DNA of 64,000 nucleotides from an uncultured delta proteobacterium (GTDB lineage: Bacteria > Desulfobacterota > Syntrophia > Syntrophales > UBA5619), in assembly GCA_963817385.1 (NCBI GenBank), contig CAWFOM010000001.1, positions 256,001 to 320,000 on the forward strand. The letters run 5' to 3'. The position numbers and the translations under genes were made by a program. This document shows, piece by piece, positions 36,978 through 47,817 of this stretch. Position 1 is the first letter of the stretch, and the number at the start of each line of letters is the position of its first letter. The notes beneath the pieces are model-generated. The model searched no databases. It saw nothing but the letters and a program-made list of their open reading frames with translations, and was not told the origin of the DNA.

Positions 36978-38750
36978 TCAAACGGCCACGACCGGTCTGT
37001 CCAGACCTTTGACGATCTGCGACCGGATCATTCTCGGCAGCATCATGTGATGATGAGGGCAGATCGAACGGGGGTTCTGGTAGACGCCGCCCGCGAAGGC
37101 CGCCATGTATCTGCGGATCTCCCCGAACCGGATCACCTCGTCGACGAAACCCTTCTTCGCGCAGTAGATCGGCTTCGACGTCTCTTCGTAATGTTTGACC
37201 ATCTCGTTCATCTTGGCAATCACCGGCCCCAGCGGCTTGCCCGCGTCCTTCTCCTTCACCAGACGCCGGGCATAACTCGCCGCCGCCGCCGTCTCCCCGT
37301 GCATCACGTTGATCTCCGTCGCCGGCGTCCCCAGCGTAAAGGCATTGTTGTTGTTCGCCGTGGGTCCCCCCATCACGTAATGGGCCGCCGCCGTCCCCTT
37401 CCTCAAAACGACCAGCATCATCGGGAGAGTCGTCTGCTCGATCGAATAGATCAGGGACTGTCCCAATCCCAGGAGCTCCGCCTTCTCCGCCGTATCCCCG
37501 ACGTCGATGCCCGATGTATCCTGGAGCCAGACGATCGGAACGCGGTCCCGACCGCACTGAGTCACGAACTCGTTCATCTTGATGAGCCCCTGCCGGTAGA
37601 GCTTGCCGCCCACCCCGATATACTCATTGGTGTACTCCGGATAGTTCGGCAGGAGACCATGACGGTTCCCGATCACCCCCAGAAGGAACCCGTCGACTTT
37701 GACCAGGCCCGTATAGACCTCCGGCCCGTAATCCGGACGGAATTCCAGGTGCTCGGAATTATCCACCAGCCGCGCCAGGACGTTGTCGAAATCGTACCCG
37801 GCCTTCGGATTCATCGGGACGAGCGAGGCGATCTCCGCCGGAGGGTATTTCGGTTCCGCGGGGAACGCGACCCGGAAAAACCGCGGGTTGTATGCAGGCA
37901 TCTCCTCCATGTACCCCTTCAGGGCATCGAGGACCTCGGTCTCTTTTTCAAAAACGGCCGTAAAAAACCCGGTCGAGTCGTAATGGACCTTCACGCTCCC
38001 GGGAGGAACGGCCTTGAAATGTCGCGTCGCGGCGATCAGCTCCTCGGCGCTCTCCTCATCGAAGTACCCCTTGGGGCTCATGCCGCTGACGATGCCGCCG
38101 CCGCCCACCGCGATATTGGCATTCTTGTGGGCGAGCAGGATGGTCGGGCTGATCCCCTGATAGCCTCCTCCGGCCGGGTTTGTCCCGTATATCCCCGCCA
38201 GGACCGGAATCCCCATCTGCTCCAGCTCCGCATGGCGGAAAAAGCAGGTCCCCTGGCCGCGGCGGTTGGCATACACCTTTTCCTGCTCGGGCAGCTTAAC
38301 GCCGGAGCAGTTCACGAGCCACACCAGGGGAAGATTCATGATCTTCGCCAGGTCCGTCACCCGGAGGTTGTTCTCCGCCTGCCCGGCGATCCACGCCCCG
38401 GCGATCCACTTGTTGTTGAAACCGATGAGCACGCACCATCTCCCGGCGATCCGCGCCAGGCCGTCCACGACCCCGGTGCTCCCCGACTCCTCGTTGTCGG
38501 GATCAAAAATCGTATGGAGGGGGCAGAATGTCCCTGGATCGACCACGTAATCGATGCGGTCCCAGACTGTCATCTCGCCCCGCTCGCGGATCTTCTCCGC
38601 GGGAATGCCGAAGTTCTTTATCCGCTCAACTTCCGCATCAATCTCCTGCATGACCGACTCGGCCTGGGTCGCACTCTCCCGCATCCGCTCCAGTTGGGCG
38701 GGGCGAAGCGGCTTGCCCAAATCATCCATCTTCTCAAAATAGGGTCTCAT
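36978..38750 (-). CDS. gcdA: Glutaconyl-CoA decarboxylase alpha (carboxyltransferase) subunit
   Basis: MRPYFEKM start; NCSGVKLPEQ, GTNPAGGGY, QDTSGIDVG, KGTAAAHYVMGGP; next to a glutaryl-CoA dehydrogenase. Confidence 0.85.
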   Translation of the reverse strand: MRPYFEKMDDLGKPLRPAQLERMRESATQAESVMQEIDAEVERIKNFGIPAEKIRERGEMTVWDRIDYVVDPGTFCPLHTIFDPDNEESGSTGVVDGLARIAGRWCVLIGFNNKWIAGAWIAGQAENNLRVTDLAKIMNLPLVWLVNCSGVKLPEQEKVYANRRGQGTCFFRHAELEQMGIPVLAGIYGTNPAGGGYQGISPTILLAHKNANIAVGGGGIVSGMSPKGYFDEESAEELIAATRHFKAVPPGSVKVHYDSTGFFTAVFEKETEVLDALKGYMEEMPAYNPRFFRVAFPAEPKYPPAEIASLVPMNPKAGYDFDNVLARLVDNSEHLEFRPDYGPEVYTGLVKVDGFLLGVIGNRHGLLPNYPEYTNEYIGVGGKLYRQGLIKMNEFVTQCGRDRVPIVWLQDTSGIDVGDTAEKAELLGLGQSLIYSIEQTTLPMMLVVLRKGTAAAHYVMGGPTANNNNAFTLGTPATEINVMHGETAAAASYARRLVKEKDAGKPLGPVIAKMNEMVKHYEETSKPIYCAKKGFVDEVIRFGEIRRYMAAFAGGVYQNPRSICPHHHMMLPRMIRSQIVKGLDRPVVAV

Positions 38751-38878
38751 GATCGTCCTTTCATTCCTCCGTATCTTTTCATTTTCAGCGTAACGCGGGC
38801 TAGGTGATCGCTTTGAGCTGAAAAACGGGCCGGGAATTCCACCGGTGAGCGGTGGGACCATCTTTCCGCCGACATCCT

Positions 38879-40042
38879 CTACCGGTTCGCCTTGCGAATC
38901 CCTAGCTGATCCTGGGCGATGATGAACTTGCAGATGTTCGCCGAACCCTCCACCATCGCATAGGTCGGGGCGTCGCGATAATACCGCGCCACGGGGTATT
39001 CGGTCGAATAGCCGTAGGCCCCCAGGATCCTCATGGCATATTGCGAGCACTTGTATGCCAGCTCCCCGGCCAGATATTTCGCCTGGGCCACCTCCGCGTT
39101 GTTCCCCAGGTTCCCCTGGTCCTTCTGCCAGGCCGCCTTGTAAACCATCAGCCGCACCGCTTCGATCTCACAGACCATCTGGGCGATCAGATCCTGATTC
39201 ATCTGGAACTGGCCGATCGGCTGCCCGAACTGCTCCCGCTCCATCGCATACTTCGTCACCGCATCCAGGCAGGCCTGCGCGACGCCGACTCCCCCCGCCG
39301 CCGCCGACAGCCGGGTCTGGGCCAGCGATCCGAACACGATCTTCGTGCCGTCCCCGGGCTTCCCCAGGATGTTCTCCTTGGGAACCCGGGTATCCTCCAG
39401 GATGATCTCCCCGGTCGGCGAGGAGCGCGAACCCATCTTGTCCAGATCCGTCACCGTGATCCCGTTGAACTTGTCCAGCTCCAGGATGAAGGCCGACAAG
39501 CTCTTCCCGCCCCCCTCCTTCTCCGTGTAGGCGTAGTAGATGTTGATCCCGCCGACGGTGGCGTTCGAGATCCAGGTCTTCGTCCCGTTCAAGAGCCAGT
39601 GATCTCCCTTGTCCACCGCCATGGATTTGATCGCCATCACATCGGACCCCGCCTGCGGCTCCGTGATCGCAAACGCCCCCAGGATCTCGGCGTTCACCAG
39701 CTTGGCGATGTACTTCTTCTTCTGCTCCTCCGTCCCGTAGCGGTAGATCGTATAGGCGCACCCGATCTCCTGCATGTTCACCTGAACGCGCAGCGAGCTC
39801 GATGCCCGGGCGATCTCCTCGGTGATGATCGCCGCCGCCATCCACCCCATGCTGTTGCCGCCGTACTCCTCCGGGATTATCGTCCCGAAGAGGCCCAGCT
39901 CCCCCATCGGCTTCACCACCTCTTCATAGGGGAAATAATGGTTCTTATCCCACTCGTCCGCGAACGGCGCGATCTTCCCGGCCGCAAAGCCGCGCACCAT
40001 GTCCCGCAACATCACCAGTTCTTCCGATAATCCAAAGTCCAT
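38879..40042 (-). CDS. Acyl-CoA dehydrogenase, probably non-decarboxylating glutaryl-CoA dehydrogenase
   Basis: FAITEPQAGSD, REQFG, MVEGSANICK; linked to gcdA. Confidence 0.85.
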   Translation of the reverse strand: MDFGLSEELVMLRDMVRGFAAGKIAPFADEWDKNHYFPYEEVVKPMGELGLFGTIIPEEYGGNSMGWMAAAIITEEIARASSSLRVQVNMQEIGCAYTIYRYGTEEQKKKYIAKLVNAEILGAFAITEPQAGSDVMAIKSMAVDKGDHWLLNGTKTWISNATVGGINIYYAYTEKEGGGKSLSAFILELDKFNGITVTDLDKMGSRSSPTGEIILEDTRVPKENILGKPGDGTKIVFGSLAQTRLSAAAGGVGVAQACLDAVTKYAMEREQFGQPIGQFQMNQDLIAQMVCEIEAVRLMVYKAAWQKDQGNLGNNAEVAQAKYLAGELAYKCSQYAMRILGAYGYSTEYPVARYYRDAPTYAMVEGSANICKFIIAQDQLGIRKANR

Positions 40043-40065
40043 TTTCCCGCCTTCCTTTCTTCACT

Positions 40066-41704
40066 CTATTGGTGGTCCGATGCCGCCGGACACGATTCCG
40101 TCTTGCCCTCTTTGATCGTAATCGCAAAGTCCGGGCATACATACAGGCACTTCAGACATCCCACACAACGATCCGAACTTTTCACCACCGCCGGTTTGTA
40201 CCCGCCGGCGTTGAAGGTATCCGAGGTGGCAAAGATGTCCATCTGGCACAGCTCCCTGCAGTAACCGCAATCCTTGCAGATGACCGCGTTCACCTCCACC
40301 GTGTACTGCCGGATGTCGCACGCCAGGCACCGCTCGGCCTCGGCGGCGGCGGTTTCCTCGTCGTAGCCGGCTTCGACGACGCCGAATCCTTTGAGCCTGC
40401 TCTTCACGGGAACGCATACCGGCCGCGGCCGGCGCATCCCCGGGGGATTCGTCTCCGGCAGCTCCGCCCCCGCATCTGCGGGCACTCCCCCATCGATCCT
40501 TCCCTCGCCGCCGAGATAACGGTCGATGGAGACAGCGGCCAGACGGCCCTGGGCGATGGCGTCGATGATCGTCTTCGGTCCTAAGACCGCATCCCCGGCG
40601 GCGAAGATCCCCCGGGCCGGCGTGGCCAGCGCGGCGTCGACCCTGGCCGTACCATCGGCATTCGCCTCCAGCTTCAGGGCCCCCGCATCGGCCGTCTGTC
40701 CGACAGCCATGATGACCGTCTCGCAGGGGAGCGAAAACTCGCTCCCTTCGATGGGCACCGGCCGCGGTCTCCCGCTTGCGTCAAGGGGGCCGGCAGCCAT
40801 CCTGATGCAGACGACCTTCCCCTTGGAGATCCTGATCGGCGCGGCCATGAATTCAATGCGCACCCCTTCCTCTTCCGCCTCCGCGACTTCCTCCGGGGAG
40901 GCCGGCATCTCCGCACGGCTCCGGCGGTAGACGAGACGGGTCTTCGCCCCCATCCGGACGCCGGCCCGCGCCGCATCGATGGCGGTGTTCCCGCCGCCGA
41001 CCACGATGACTTTCTTGCCGATGGCGCTGTCTCACGCCCGAATTCACCTCCTGGAGGAAGGCGAGCCCGTCCATGACCGGGAGAGAGGCCTCCCCTTCAA
41101 TGCCCATCTTCACCGCCCTCCAGGCGCCGGACGCCGCCAGAACGGCGTCATACCCCTTCGCCAGGAGCTCACGGGCCGACGAGACCGGTGCGTCGGTCAC
41201 GATCTCGACGCCGCGGGAGGCGATCATGGCGATCTCCCGATCGAGGATGTCGTTCGGGAGGCGATACTCCGGGATGCCGTAGCGCAGCATTCCTCCCGCC
41301 CGGGGGCGCGCCTCGAACACCGAAACGGCGTGTCCCAATCCTGCCAGGTAATAGGCCGCCGTCAGGCCGCACGGACCGGCGCCGATGATGGCCACCCTCT
41401 TCCCGGTCGGCTTCGCCTTGCGCTCATAGGCCAGGACGCCCCCGCTTTTCTCATAGGCCGCTCTTTTGAGCATGCGGATCGCAATCGCCTCGTCATACTG
41501 GATGCGCGCGCATTTGCTCTCGCAGGGGTGAACGCAGGCATAGCCGCACACCGCGGGAAAGGGGATCTTCTCCCGGATCACGGCCAAGGCCATGTCAAAG
41601 TCCCGGTTCCGGATATGTCTGATGTACCGCGGAACATCGATCCCCGCAGGACAGGCCTCCCGGCACGGAGCAATCGTTATTGTCTGATCGCCTGAAGCTC
41701 CCAT
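40066..41704 (-). CDS. GltD-like FAD/NAD(P) Fe-S oxidoreductase with C-terminal 2x[4Fe-4S] ferredoxin; frameshift near 41030
   Basis: PCREACPAG, CVHPCE, GAGPCG, GGGNTAID, RCLAC, CKDCGYC..C, CVGCLKC..CP. Confidence 0.88.
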
Positions 41705-41789
41705 TCCAACTCCTTTCCGACTCTTATCATCCCGCTTTCCGTCCCGGCCGCCGCATCGGAGGCGCAGCCGGGGAAAGCCGCTCTTCGCA

Positions 41790-42329
41790 TTATCCTGACC
41801 CGGCAAGCTCCCCACCCGCCTGGAGGGCCTTGAGGTTCGCATCCAGAACAGCTCCCGAAAAACGCCTCTTGATCACCTCCGCCAGGCTCTCCGTACCGAC
41901 CATCCCGAACATCTTCGCCATGTAGCCCAGGGCTATGATGTTCGCCATCCCCACATGGCCCATCCGGCTTGCCATCTCCGTGAACGGCTGGCCGTAAAGA
42001 CGCTCCCCCTGGCGCGGCCTCAAGAGGGTCGTGTCATAAACAATCGCGGCGCCCCGTCCGAGGAGCTCCTGGAACTTTTCCATCGCCTCTTCCGTCAAGG
42101 CCAGCACGACATCCGCATTCTGAACCTGCTGAAAGATAATCTCCTCCCGGTCGATGATCACCTCGGCCATGGAGAAACCGCCTCTCGTGGCGATGCCGTA
42201 CGAGACGGTCTGGACGACGTTCTTCTCCTCCAGGATCGCCGCTTCCGCCAGCATGATGCCGGATACCACCAGACCCTGCCCGCCGGATCCGGCCATGATG
42301 ACTTCATACCGCTCTTTCTTCCCATCCAT
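41790..42329 (-). CDS. 2-oxoacid:acceptor oxidoreductase gamma subunit
   Basis: AGSGGQG, SYG..RGG. Confidence 0.9.
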   Translation of the reverse strand: MDGKKERYEVIMAGSGGQGLVVSGIMLAEAAILEEKNVVQTVSYGIATRGGFSMAEVIIDREEIIFQQVQNADVVLALTEEAMEKFQELLGRGAAIVYDTTLLRPRQGERLYGQPFTEMASRMGHVGMANIIALGYMAKMFGMVGTESLAEVIKRRFSGAVLDANLKALQAGGELAGSG

Positions 42330-42367
42330 CGTCTGTCGTACCTTCCCGGGGTGTTTTTCAACACCCT

Positions 42368-43192
42368 TTAGCCTTTCTTGGCCATTGCCTTGACCCGGAT
42401 CTCTTCATATCGCGTGTTGAAGTCCGGCTCGTCGCGGTCCACCAGCTTCCCGACGGGGAAATAGCCCTCCCGAGCGGAGGCGCTCAGACAGTTGTACTCC
42501 TCCACGGGGAGACCTTTTTCCTGCATCCAATGGAGCATCTCCCGGGTCTCTTTCATGGCGTTGTTCTTGCCGAAATGGGTGGGGCAGGGACTGAAGACCT
42601 CCACGAGGGAAAATCCTTTCTTGTTCAGGGCCTCTTTGATGCGCTCCTTGAGCTCCCAGCCGCGGTAGGGGGTCTCCCGGGCCACATAATTGGCGCCGGC
42701 GACCTGGGCCAGGGCGCAGATATCAAAATCCCGCTCCGGGTTTCCCCAGGAGGTGGTGCTCGTGAAACTGCCGCCCGGCGTGGTGCCGGAGACCTGCCCC
42801 CCCGTCATCCCGTAATTGAAGTTGTTGATGATGATCGCCGTCAGATCGATATTCCTCCGGGCCGCATGGATAAAGTGATTTCCGCCGATGGTGACGCTGT
42901 CCCCGTCCCCCATCACGACCACCACGTGCAGCCGCGGATTGAAGGCCTTGATCCCCGTCGCGTACGCCAGGGCGCGCCCGTGCGTCGTGTGAAGGGCGTT
43001 GGTAACCAGGTAGTCATCGGCCTTCCCGGTGCAGCCGATCCCCGTCACGACGACGGTATCGCTGTTCTGATAATCCAGCTCCTCGAACGCCCGCAGCATG
43101 GCCCCCAGCATGACGCCGATCCCGCAACCGGCGCACCACATGTGCGGCAGCACCCCCTCCTTCAGATATCGTAAGCCCGTCGCATGTGCCAT
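42368..43192 (-). CDS. 2-oxoacid:acceptor oxidoreductase beta (TPP-binding) subunit
   Basis: WCAGCG, GIGC, GDGD..NN, YGMTGGQ, PCPT. Confidence 0.92.
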   Translation of the reverse strand: MAHATGLRYLKEGVLPHMWCAGCGIGVMLGAMLRAFEELDYQNSDTVVVTGIGCTGKADDYLVTNALHTTHGRALAYATGIKAFNPRLHVVVVMGDGDSVTIGGNHFIHAARRNIDLTAIIINNFNYGMTGGQVSGTTPGGSFTSTTSWGNPERDFDICALAQVAGANYVARETPYRGWELKERIKEALNKKGFSLVEVFSPCPTHFGKNNAMKETREMLHWMQEKGLPVEEYNCLSASAREGYFPVGKLVDRDEPDFNTRYEEIRVKAMAKKG

Positions 43193-43224
43193 CTCTTCCC
43201 CCTGTTCATCCTGCCTTCAAACGT

Positions 43225-44352
43225 CTACCGGATCGCTTTCAGGATTGCCTGCGGCGTGATGATCTGCCCATTGTAGCTGTTGACCCGCCGGATATCCGCC
43301 CCTCCGCCCAGGACCCGCTGGACCTCGCCCGCCACCTGGCCGCTGTAGTTCATCTCCGTCACCACGACCGTCCTGGCCCTGCCCCCCAAGAGCGCCACCT
43401 CCCGATCGGCAAACGGCCACAACGTGATGAGCTGCAGGACGCCGGCCCTGATCCCCTCCTTGCGGAGCTCCAGCGCCGCCGCCCGGCTCGCGCGGGTGGT
43501 CACCCCGAAGGCGATCAAAAGGACGTCCGCATCCTCCGCGGCGAAGCTCTTGGTGAGGACGATCTCCTCCCGGTGCATCTCGATCTTCCGGTGCAACTGG
43601 GCCACCCGCCACGCCGCGTTGGCGGGATCGTTGTTGCTGTACCCGTCGGGGCCGTGCATCGAGCTCGACACATGGGTGATATAATCGCTCCCGTACGCCG
43701 CCAGCGGCGCCACGCCGTCCGCGTCCGCCGTGAAGGGCTTGTAGAGCTCCGGGGGCACGGTGGGCCTCTTCCGGTCGATCACCGCAAGATCCCCCGGCGC
43801 CGGGATGACGACGTTTTCCCGCAGATGGCCCACCACCTCATCGGGGGCAAGAATGACCGGGACCCTGAATTTCTCCGCAAAATTGAAGGCGGTCACGGTC
43901 AGGGAGAAACACTCCCCCACCGTCGCGGGGCACAGCGCGATCACCGCCTGGTCGCCATGCCTGCCCCAGCGGAGCTGCATCACATCCGACTGCGCAGGCT
44001 TCGTTGCCAGCCCCGTGCTGGGTCCGGAACGCTGCACATTGACCACCACGCAGGGAACCTCACCCATGACGGCAAGCCCCAGATTCTCCTGCATGAGCGA
44101 AAAACCCGGACCGCTCGTCGCCGTGAACGCCTTGGCGCCGGCCAGGGACGCCCCGATGATCGCCGCCATACTGGCGATCTCATCCTCCATCTGGAGATAA
44201 ACGCCGCCCACGAGCGGCATCATCTTCGAACATTCCTCGGCGATCTCGGACGAGGGGGTGATCGGGTATCCGGCATAAAACCGCGCGCCGGCATAAAACG
44301 CGCCCTCCGCGATGGCCTGATTCCCCTGCATCAGCCTTACATCCCTGCCCAA
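43225..44352 (-). CDS. 2-oxoacid:acceptor oxidoreductase alpha subunit
   Basis: GYPITP, ATSGPG, QRSGPSTG. Confidence 0.92.
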   Translation of the reverse strand: MGRDVRLMQGNQAIAEGAFYAGARFYAGYPITPSSEIAEECSKMMPLVGGVYLQMEDEIASMAAIIGASLAGAKAFTATSGPGFSLMQENLGLAVMGEVPCVVVNVQRSGPSTGLATKPAQSDVMQLRWGRHGDQAVIALCPATVGECFSLTVTAFNFAEKFRVPVILAPDEVVGHLRENVVIPAPGDLAVIDRKRPTVPPELYKPFTADADGVAPLAAYGSDYITHVSSSMHGPDGYSNNDPANAAWRVAQLHRKIEMHREEIVLTKSFAAEDADVLLIAFGVTTRASRAAALELRKEGIRAGVLQLITLWPFADREVALLGGRARTVVVTEMNYSGQVAGEVQRVLGGGADIRRVNSYNGQIITPQAILKAIR

Positions 44353-44387
44353 TTTTCTCCACCCACCCTTTCTTTTATTCGTTCCTT

Positions 44388-45794
44388 TCAGGAACGGCGG
44401 CTGTGGATGATCGCCCGCTCAAGCCTTCGAATCACCCGCTCCTTCCCCAGGGTGACCATCACCTCGTCGATCCCGGGACTTACGGTCTTTCCCGTCAGGG
44501 CCACGCGGAGCGCCTGGGCGATCCATTTGAGCTTCGTCCCCCGCTCTTCGGCAAGCGCCCGGAGGAAGGTCTCCAGACCCTCTTTCGTATAATCGCCGAC
44601 GCCGGGCAGCCTCCCTGCGACCGCCTCCAGGTGGCCGGCATATTCCGGAGTCAAAAATTTTGCCGCCGCCTCAGGATCGTATTCCACCTCTTCCCGGAAG
44701 TAAAAGGCCCCCCCGTCGGCCATCTCCACCAGCGTCTTGGCCCGCGTCCGGAGGTCCGACACTGCCTTCGCAACGAACCGATGATCGGAAGTGTCGAATC
44801 CGCGTTGCCGCCAAAAGGGAATGATCACCTCGACCAGGCGCTCCGGGGGGTAGTCCATGATGTAATGCTGATTCAACCAGAGGAGCTTCTCCGGATTGAA
44901 GACGGCCGGAGATTTGCCGACCGCCTCCAGCGAGAACTCGCGGACGAGTTCCTCCATCGTAAAGATCTCCTGGTCGCCGTGGGACCAGCCGAGACGGACC
45001 AGATAATTGACCAGCGCCTCGGGCAGATACCCCATCTCCTGATAGGCCATTACCGACGTCGCACCGTGGCGCTTGCTGAGCCGCGCCTTGTCGGCGCCGA
45101 GGATCATCGGAACATGGCCGAACAGTGGGACCTCGTACCCCAACGCTTCAAAAATCTGAATCTGCTTGGGCGTGTTGTTCACGTGGTCGTCCCCCCGGAT
45201 GACGTGGGTGATCCCCATCTGGGCGTCGTCCACGACCACCGCGAAATTGTAGGTCGGATACCCATCGGCGCGCTCGATGATCAGATCGTCCAACTCTTCG
45301 TTGTTGAAAGAGATGTTCCCTTTGATGAGGTCGTGCACCACGGTCGCGCCCACCTCGGGGCCGCGGAATCGCACCACGGAGTCCGGGCATCTGGCCAATC
45401 CGCGGTCGCGGCAGGTCCCGTCATATTTCGGTTTCCGACCGCCGGCGAGGGCCGTCTTCCGCTTTGCCTCCAGCTCCTCCGGGGTGCAGGTGCAGTAATA
45501 GGCCTTCCCTTCGTCGATGAGCTTCTGCACCATCTCCTGGTGGATCTTGACCCTCTCCGCCTGGAAGTACGGCCCTTCGTCCCAGTTCAAACCGAGCCAG
45601 GTCATCGCATCCAGGATGGCCCGCGTCGATTCATCCGTCGAGCGGGCCTGGTCGGTATCCTCGATCCTCAGGACGAATGTCCCTTCATTCCTCCGCGTGT
45701 AAAGCCAGTTGAACAGGGCCGTCCGCGCGCCGCCGATATGGAGATAACCCGTCGGCGACGGGGCAAAGCGTGTTCTCATCCTCTCAATCGTCAT
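44388..45794 (-). CDS. gltX: Glutamate--tRNA ligase
   Basis: [27 protein letters not shown]. Confidence 0.96.
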   Translation of the reverse strand: MTIERMRTRFAPSPTGYLHIGGARTALFNWLYTRRNEGTFVLRIEDTDQARSTDESTRAILDAMTWLGLNWDEGPYFQAERVKIHQEMVQKLIDEGKAYYCTCTPEELEAKRKTALAGGRKPKYDGTCRDRGLARCPDSVVRFRGPEVGATVVHDLIKGNISFNNEELDDLIIERADGYPTYNFAVVVDDAQMGITHVIRGDDHVNNTPKQIQIFEALGYEVPLFGHVPMILGADKARLSKRHGATSVMAYQEMGYLPEALVNYLVRLGWSHGDQEIFTMEELVREFSLEAVGKSPAVFNPEKLLWLNQHYIMDYPPERLVEVIIPFWRQRGFDTSDHRFVAKAVSDLRTRAKTLVEMADGGAFYFREEVEYDPEAAAKFLTPEYAGHLEAVAGRLPGVGDYTKEGLETFLRALAEERGTKLKWIAQALRVALTGKTVSPGIDEVMVTLGKERVIRRLERAIIHSRRS

Positions 45795-46223
45795 GGTACG
45801 CCACCCGATATTCTTCCCGGAGGGGTCTCGTTCGGAACGGGCGCCTGTCAAGCCGGTTTCCCCGGATCCGGGATACATTTTCACGCCATATAGGACCGCG
45901 CCCGTCATTTTGTCAAGGCGGATTTCGGCGACCATGGCGGGAGGGAAATCCATCGTCCCCGGTTTTCCGGCTGTACGGGAGTTCTGCTTCAGTCCCCCCA
46001 GATTCCATTTGAATTTGCGGTTCATTGAGTCTATAAGTTCATGAAGAACAACGCGGGAAAAGGACAAGCAGGCAAGCGATGACCCGGACATCGGTGTCAC
46101 AATCTCCGGCGGGAAATCAGCCTGGCCGTGAAAAGTAAGACGACTGATAAATTATCCTTGACAAGACAGACGGTTTATAATTTACTTCAACCCTTTATAC
46201 GGAACGTCCCTGCGCTGGGAGGA

Positions 46224-46367
46224 TGTTGAAAAACAGCCTCTTAATGCAGGCTGTTCAAAAACGGTTAGATGCAAGGCGCGCAAAAACCGAAGAGCGAGGC
46301 GTATATGGATATACGTTGAGCGATGAGGGTTGCAGCGCAACGCAGCAGATGAGCGTTTTTCAACAGC
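46224..46367. repeat. MITE/REP-like palindromic element containing an empty IS110 target
   Basis: TGTTGAAAAAC(46224-46234)/GTTTTTCAACA(46355-46365) perfect IR; CAGGCTGTTCAAAAA..AGATGCAAGGCGCGCAA shared with 186-215/1384-1391. Confidence 0.75.
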
Positions 46368-46411
46368 TTGCTGGGACATCGTCGTGTTCCGTATCAGGAA
46401 GGGGCAGTTTT

Positions 46412-46930
46412 TTGAAGATCAGCGTGAGCAAGATCCCCGAGGGGGGAATGGACCTCTCGTTCGAAAAGGACGGGAAATGGTTCCGGGGCTTTCTTCCGGA
46501 AGCGGAGCCGTTCGATTTCGTTCTCCACAGGATAGATGTCGTCTGTACCGTCAGGAGGATGAAGGAAACCGTCTTTATCGAGGGAAGCGCGTCGACCACC
46601 GTGGAGGCGCCGTGTTGCCGCTGTCTGGAGATGACTGATCTGCCGGTCCGGGCCTCGTTCAGATATACGTTTTGTCCTCCTCCTGATCAACCGCAGGAGG
46701 AGTGGGAATTGAGCACCGAGGATCTCGAACTTGCCTATTACGAAGAGGATACGATCGACCTGGACCGCCTGATCTTTGAACAGATCATGCTGCAATTGCC
46801 GATCAAACCGCTCTGCGGGGAAACCTGCAAAGGGCTATGTCCCCACTGCGGCATCAATCTGAATGCGGCAAGCTGTGACTGTCGGATCGAAACCTTTGAT
46901 GAGCGGCTTGCCGCCCTGAAGAAAATTTAA
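46412..46930 (+). CDS. yceD: YceD/DUF177 family protein
   Basis: CCRCL, LPIKPLC..CKGLCPHCG, DERLAALK; directly upstream of rpmF. Confidence 0.9.
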   Translation: MKISVSKIPEGGMDLSFEKDGKWFRGFLPEAEPFDFVLHRIDVVCTVRRMKETVFIEGSASTTVEAPCCRCLEMTDLPVRASFRYTFCPPPDQPQEEWELSTEDLELAYYEEDTIDLDRLIFEQIMLQLPIKPLCGETCKGLCPHCGINLNAASCDCRIETFDERLAALKKI

Positions 46931-46978
46931 AATTCAACCCGAGAAACATTAACATTAAGGAAAGAGGAGTTACCCATT

Positions 46979-47164
46979 ATGGCAAATCCAATAAAAAGAC
47001 ATTCCCGATCCAGGAAGAACATGAGAAGGGCCCACGATTTTCTGAAGCCGGTGTTGGCGTCCGCGTGTCCGCAATGCCATGAGCCTAAGCTGCCCCACCA
47101 CGCCTGCCCCAACTGCGGCACCTACAAGGGAAGGGAAATCGTCCCGATCGAAAAGGCCTCCTGA
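46979..47164 (+). CDS. rpmF: 50S ribosomal protein L32
   Basis: MANP..RRAH..CPQC..PHHACPNCGTY. Confidence 0.96.
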   Translation: MANPIKRHSRSRKNMRRAHDFLKPVLASACPQCHEPKLPHHACPNCGTYKGREIVPIEKAS

Positions 47165-47307
47165 ACCACCGGTCGATAAACACCCATGACTGACTTCGAT
47201 CTCGTTTTCATCGGACAGAGATCTCGGACACCAAGGCATGGCTCAGGATCGCTACCGGGGAGATCAGACCGTATCGGCATTGAATGCCCGAGCGGGAGCA
47301 TAGACCC

Positions 47308-47380
47308 ATGCAAGGACAAACGGCGCTGATCACGGGGGGCTCGCGAGGGATAAGCTGAGCCGTAGCCCCGAAACTGGCCG
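47308..47380 (+). pseudogene. 5' remnant of a fabG-like SDR gene
   Basis: MQGQTALITGGSRGIS*AVAPKLA at the canonical fabG position before acpP. Confidence 0.65.
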
Positions 47381-47448
47381 GTGCAACGGAGAGAAGCGTT
47401 CACTCCCCTGCCGGAGCAGGGACCATATTCATCAAGGAGGAAGTTCAC

Positions 47449-47694
47449 ATGACACTCGAAGAAAAGGTCATCAGCATTATAACCGAGCAACTGGACGTCA
47501 CCCGTGAAGAATGCATTCCTGCGGCCTCATTCATCGACGATCTCGGGGCAGACTCCCTCGACCTTGTGGAATTAATTATGGAAATGGAAGAGACCTTCGA
47601 CATCCAAATCGCTGACACCGAACTCGAAAAGATCCGTACCATCCAGGATGTGCTCGACTATCTCAAGAACAGGGGCGTCGTCTGGCATGAATAA
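47449..47694 (+). CDS. acpP: Acyl carrier protein
   Basis: DLGADSLD. Confidence 0.96.
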   Translation: MTLEEKVISIITEQLDVTREECIPAASFIDDLGADSLDLVELIMEMEETFDIQIADTELEKIRTIQDVLDYLKNRGVVWHE

Positions 47695-47817
47695 GGTCCG
47701 GCAGCCGGCGCCGGACGCACCTGTTGTCGGGGAAACCCGCCCTCGGGGCGGAGATTGGAAAACGCGCTCCCGGTCGGAAGGCCGGCATTCCGTTTCATTG
47801 AAAAGGGGGATTATCCG

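Noticed and set aside
46182..46411. ORF 46182..46379 and the long N-terminal extension of yceD
   Set aside because: Both arise from reading through the palindromic repeat; the YceD-like sequence begins at TTG 46412
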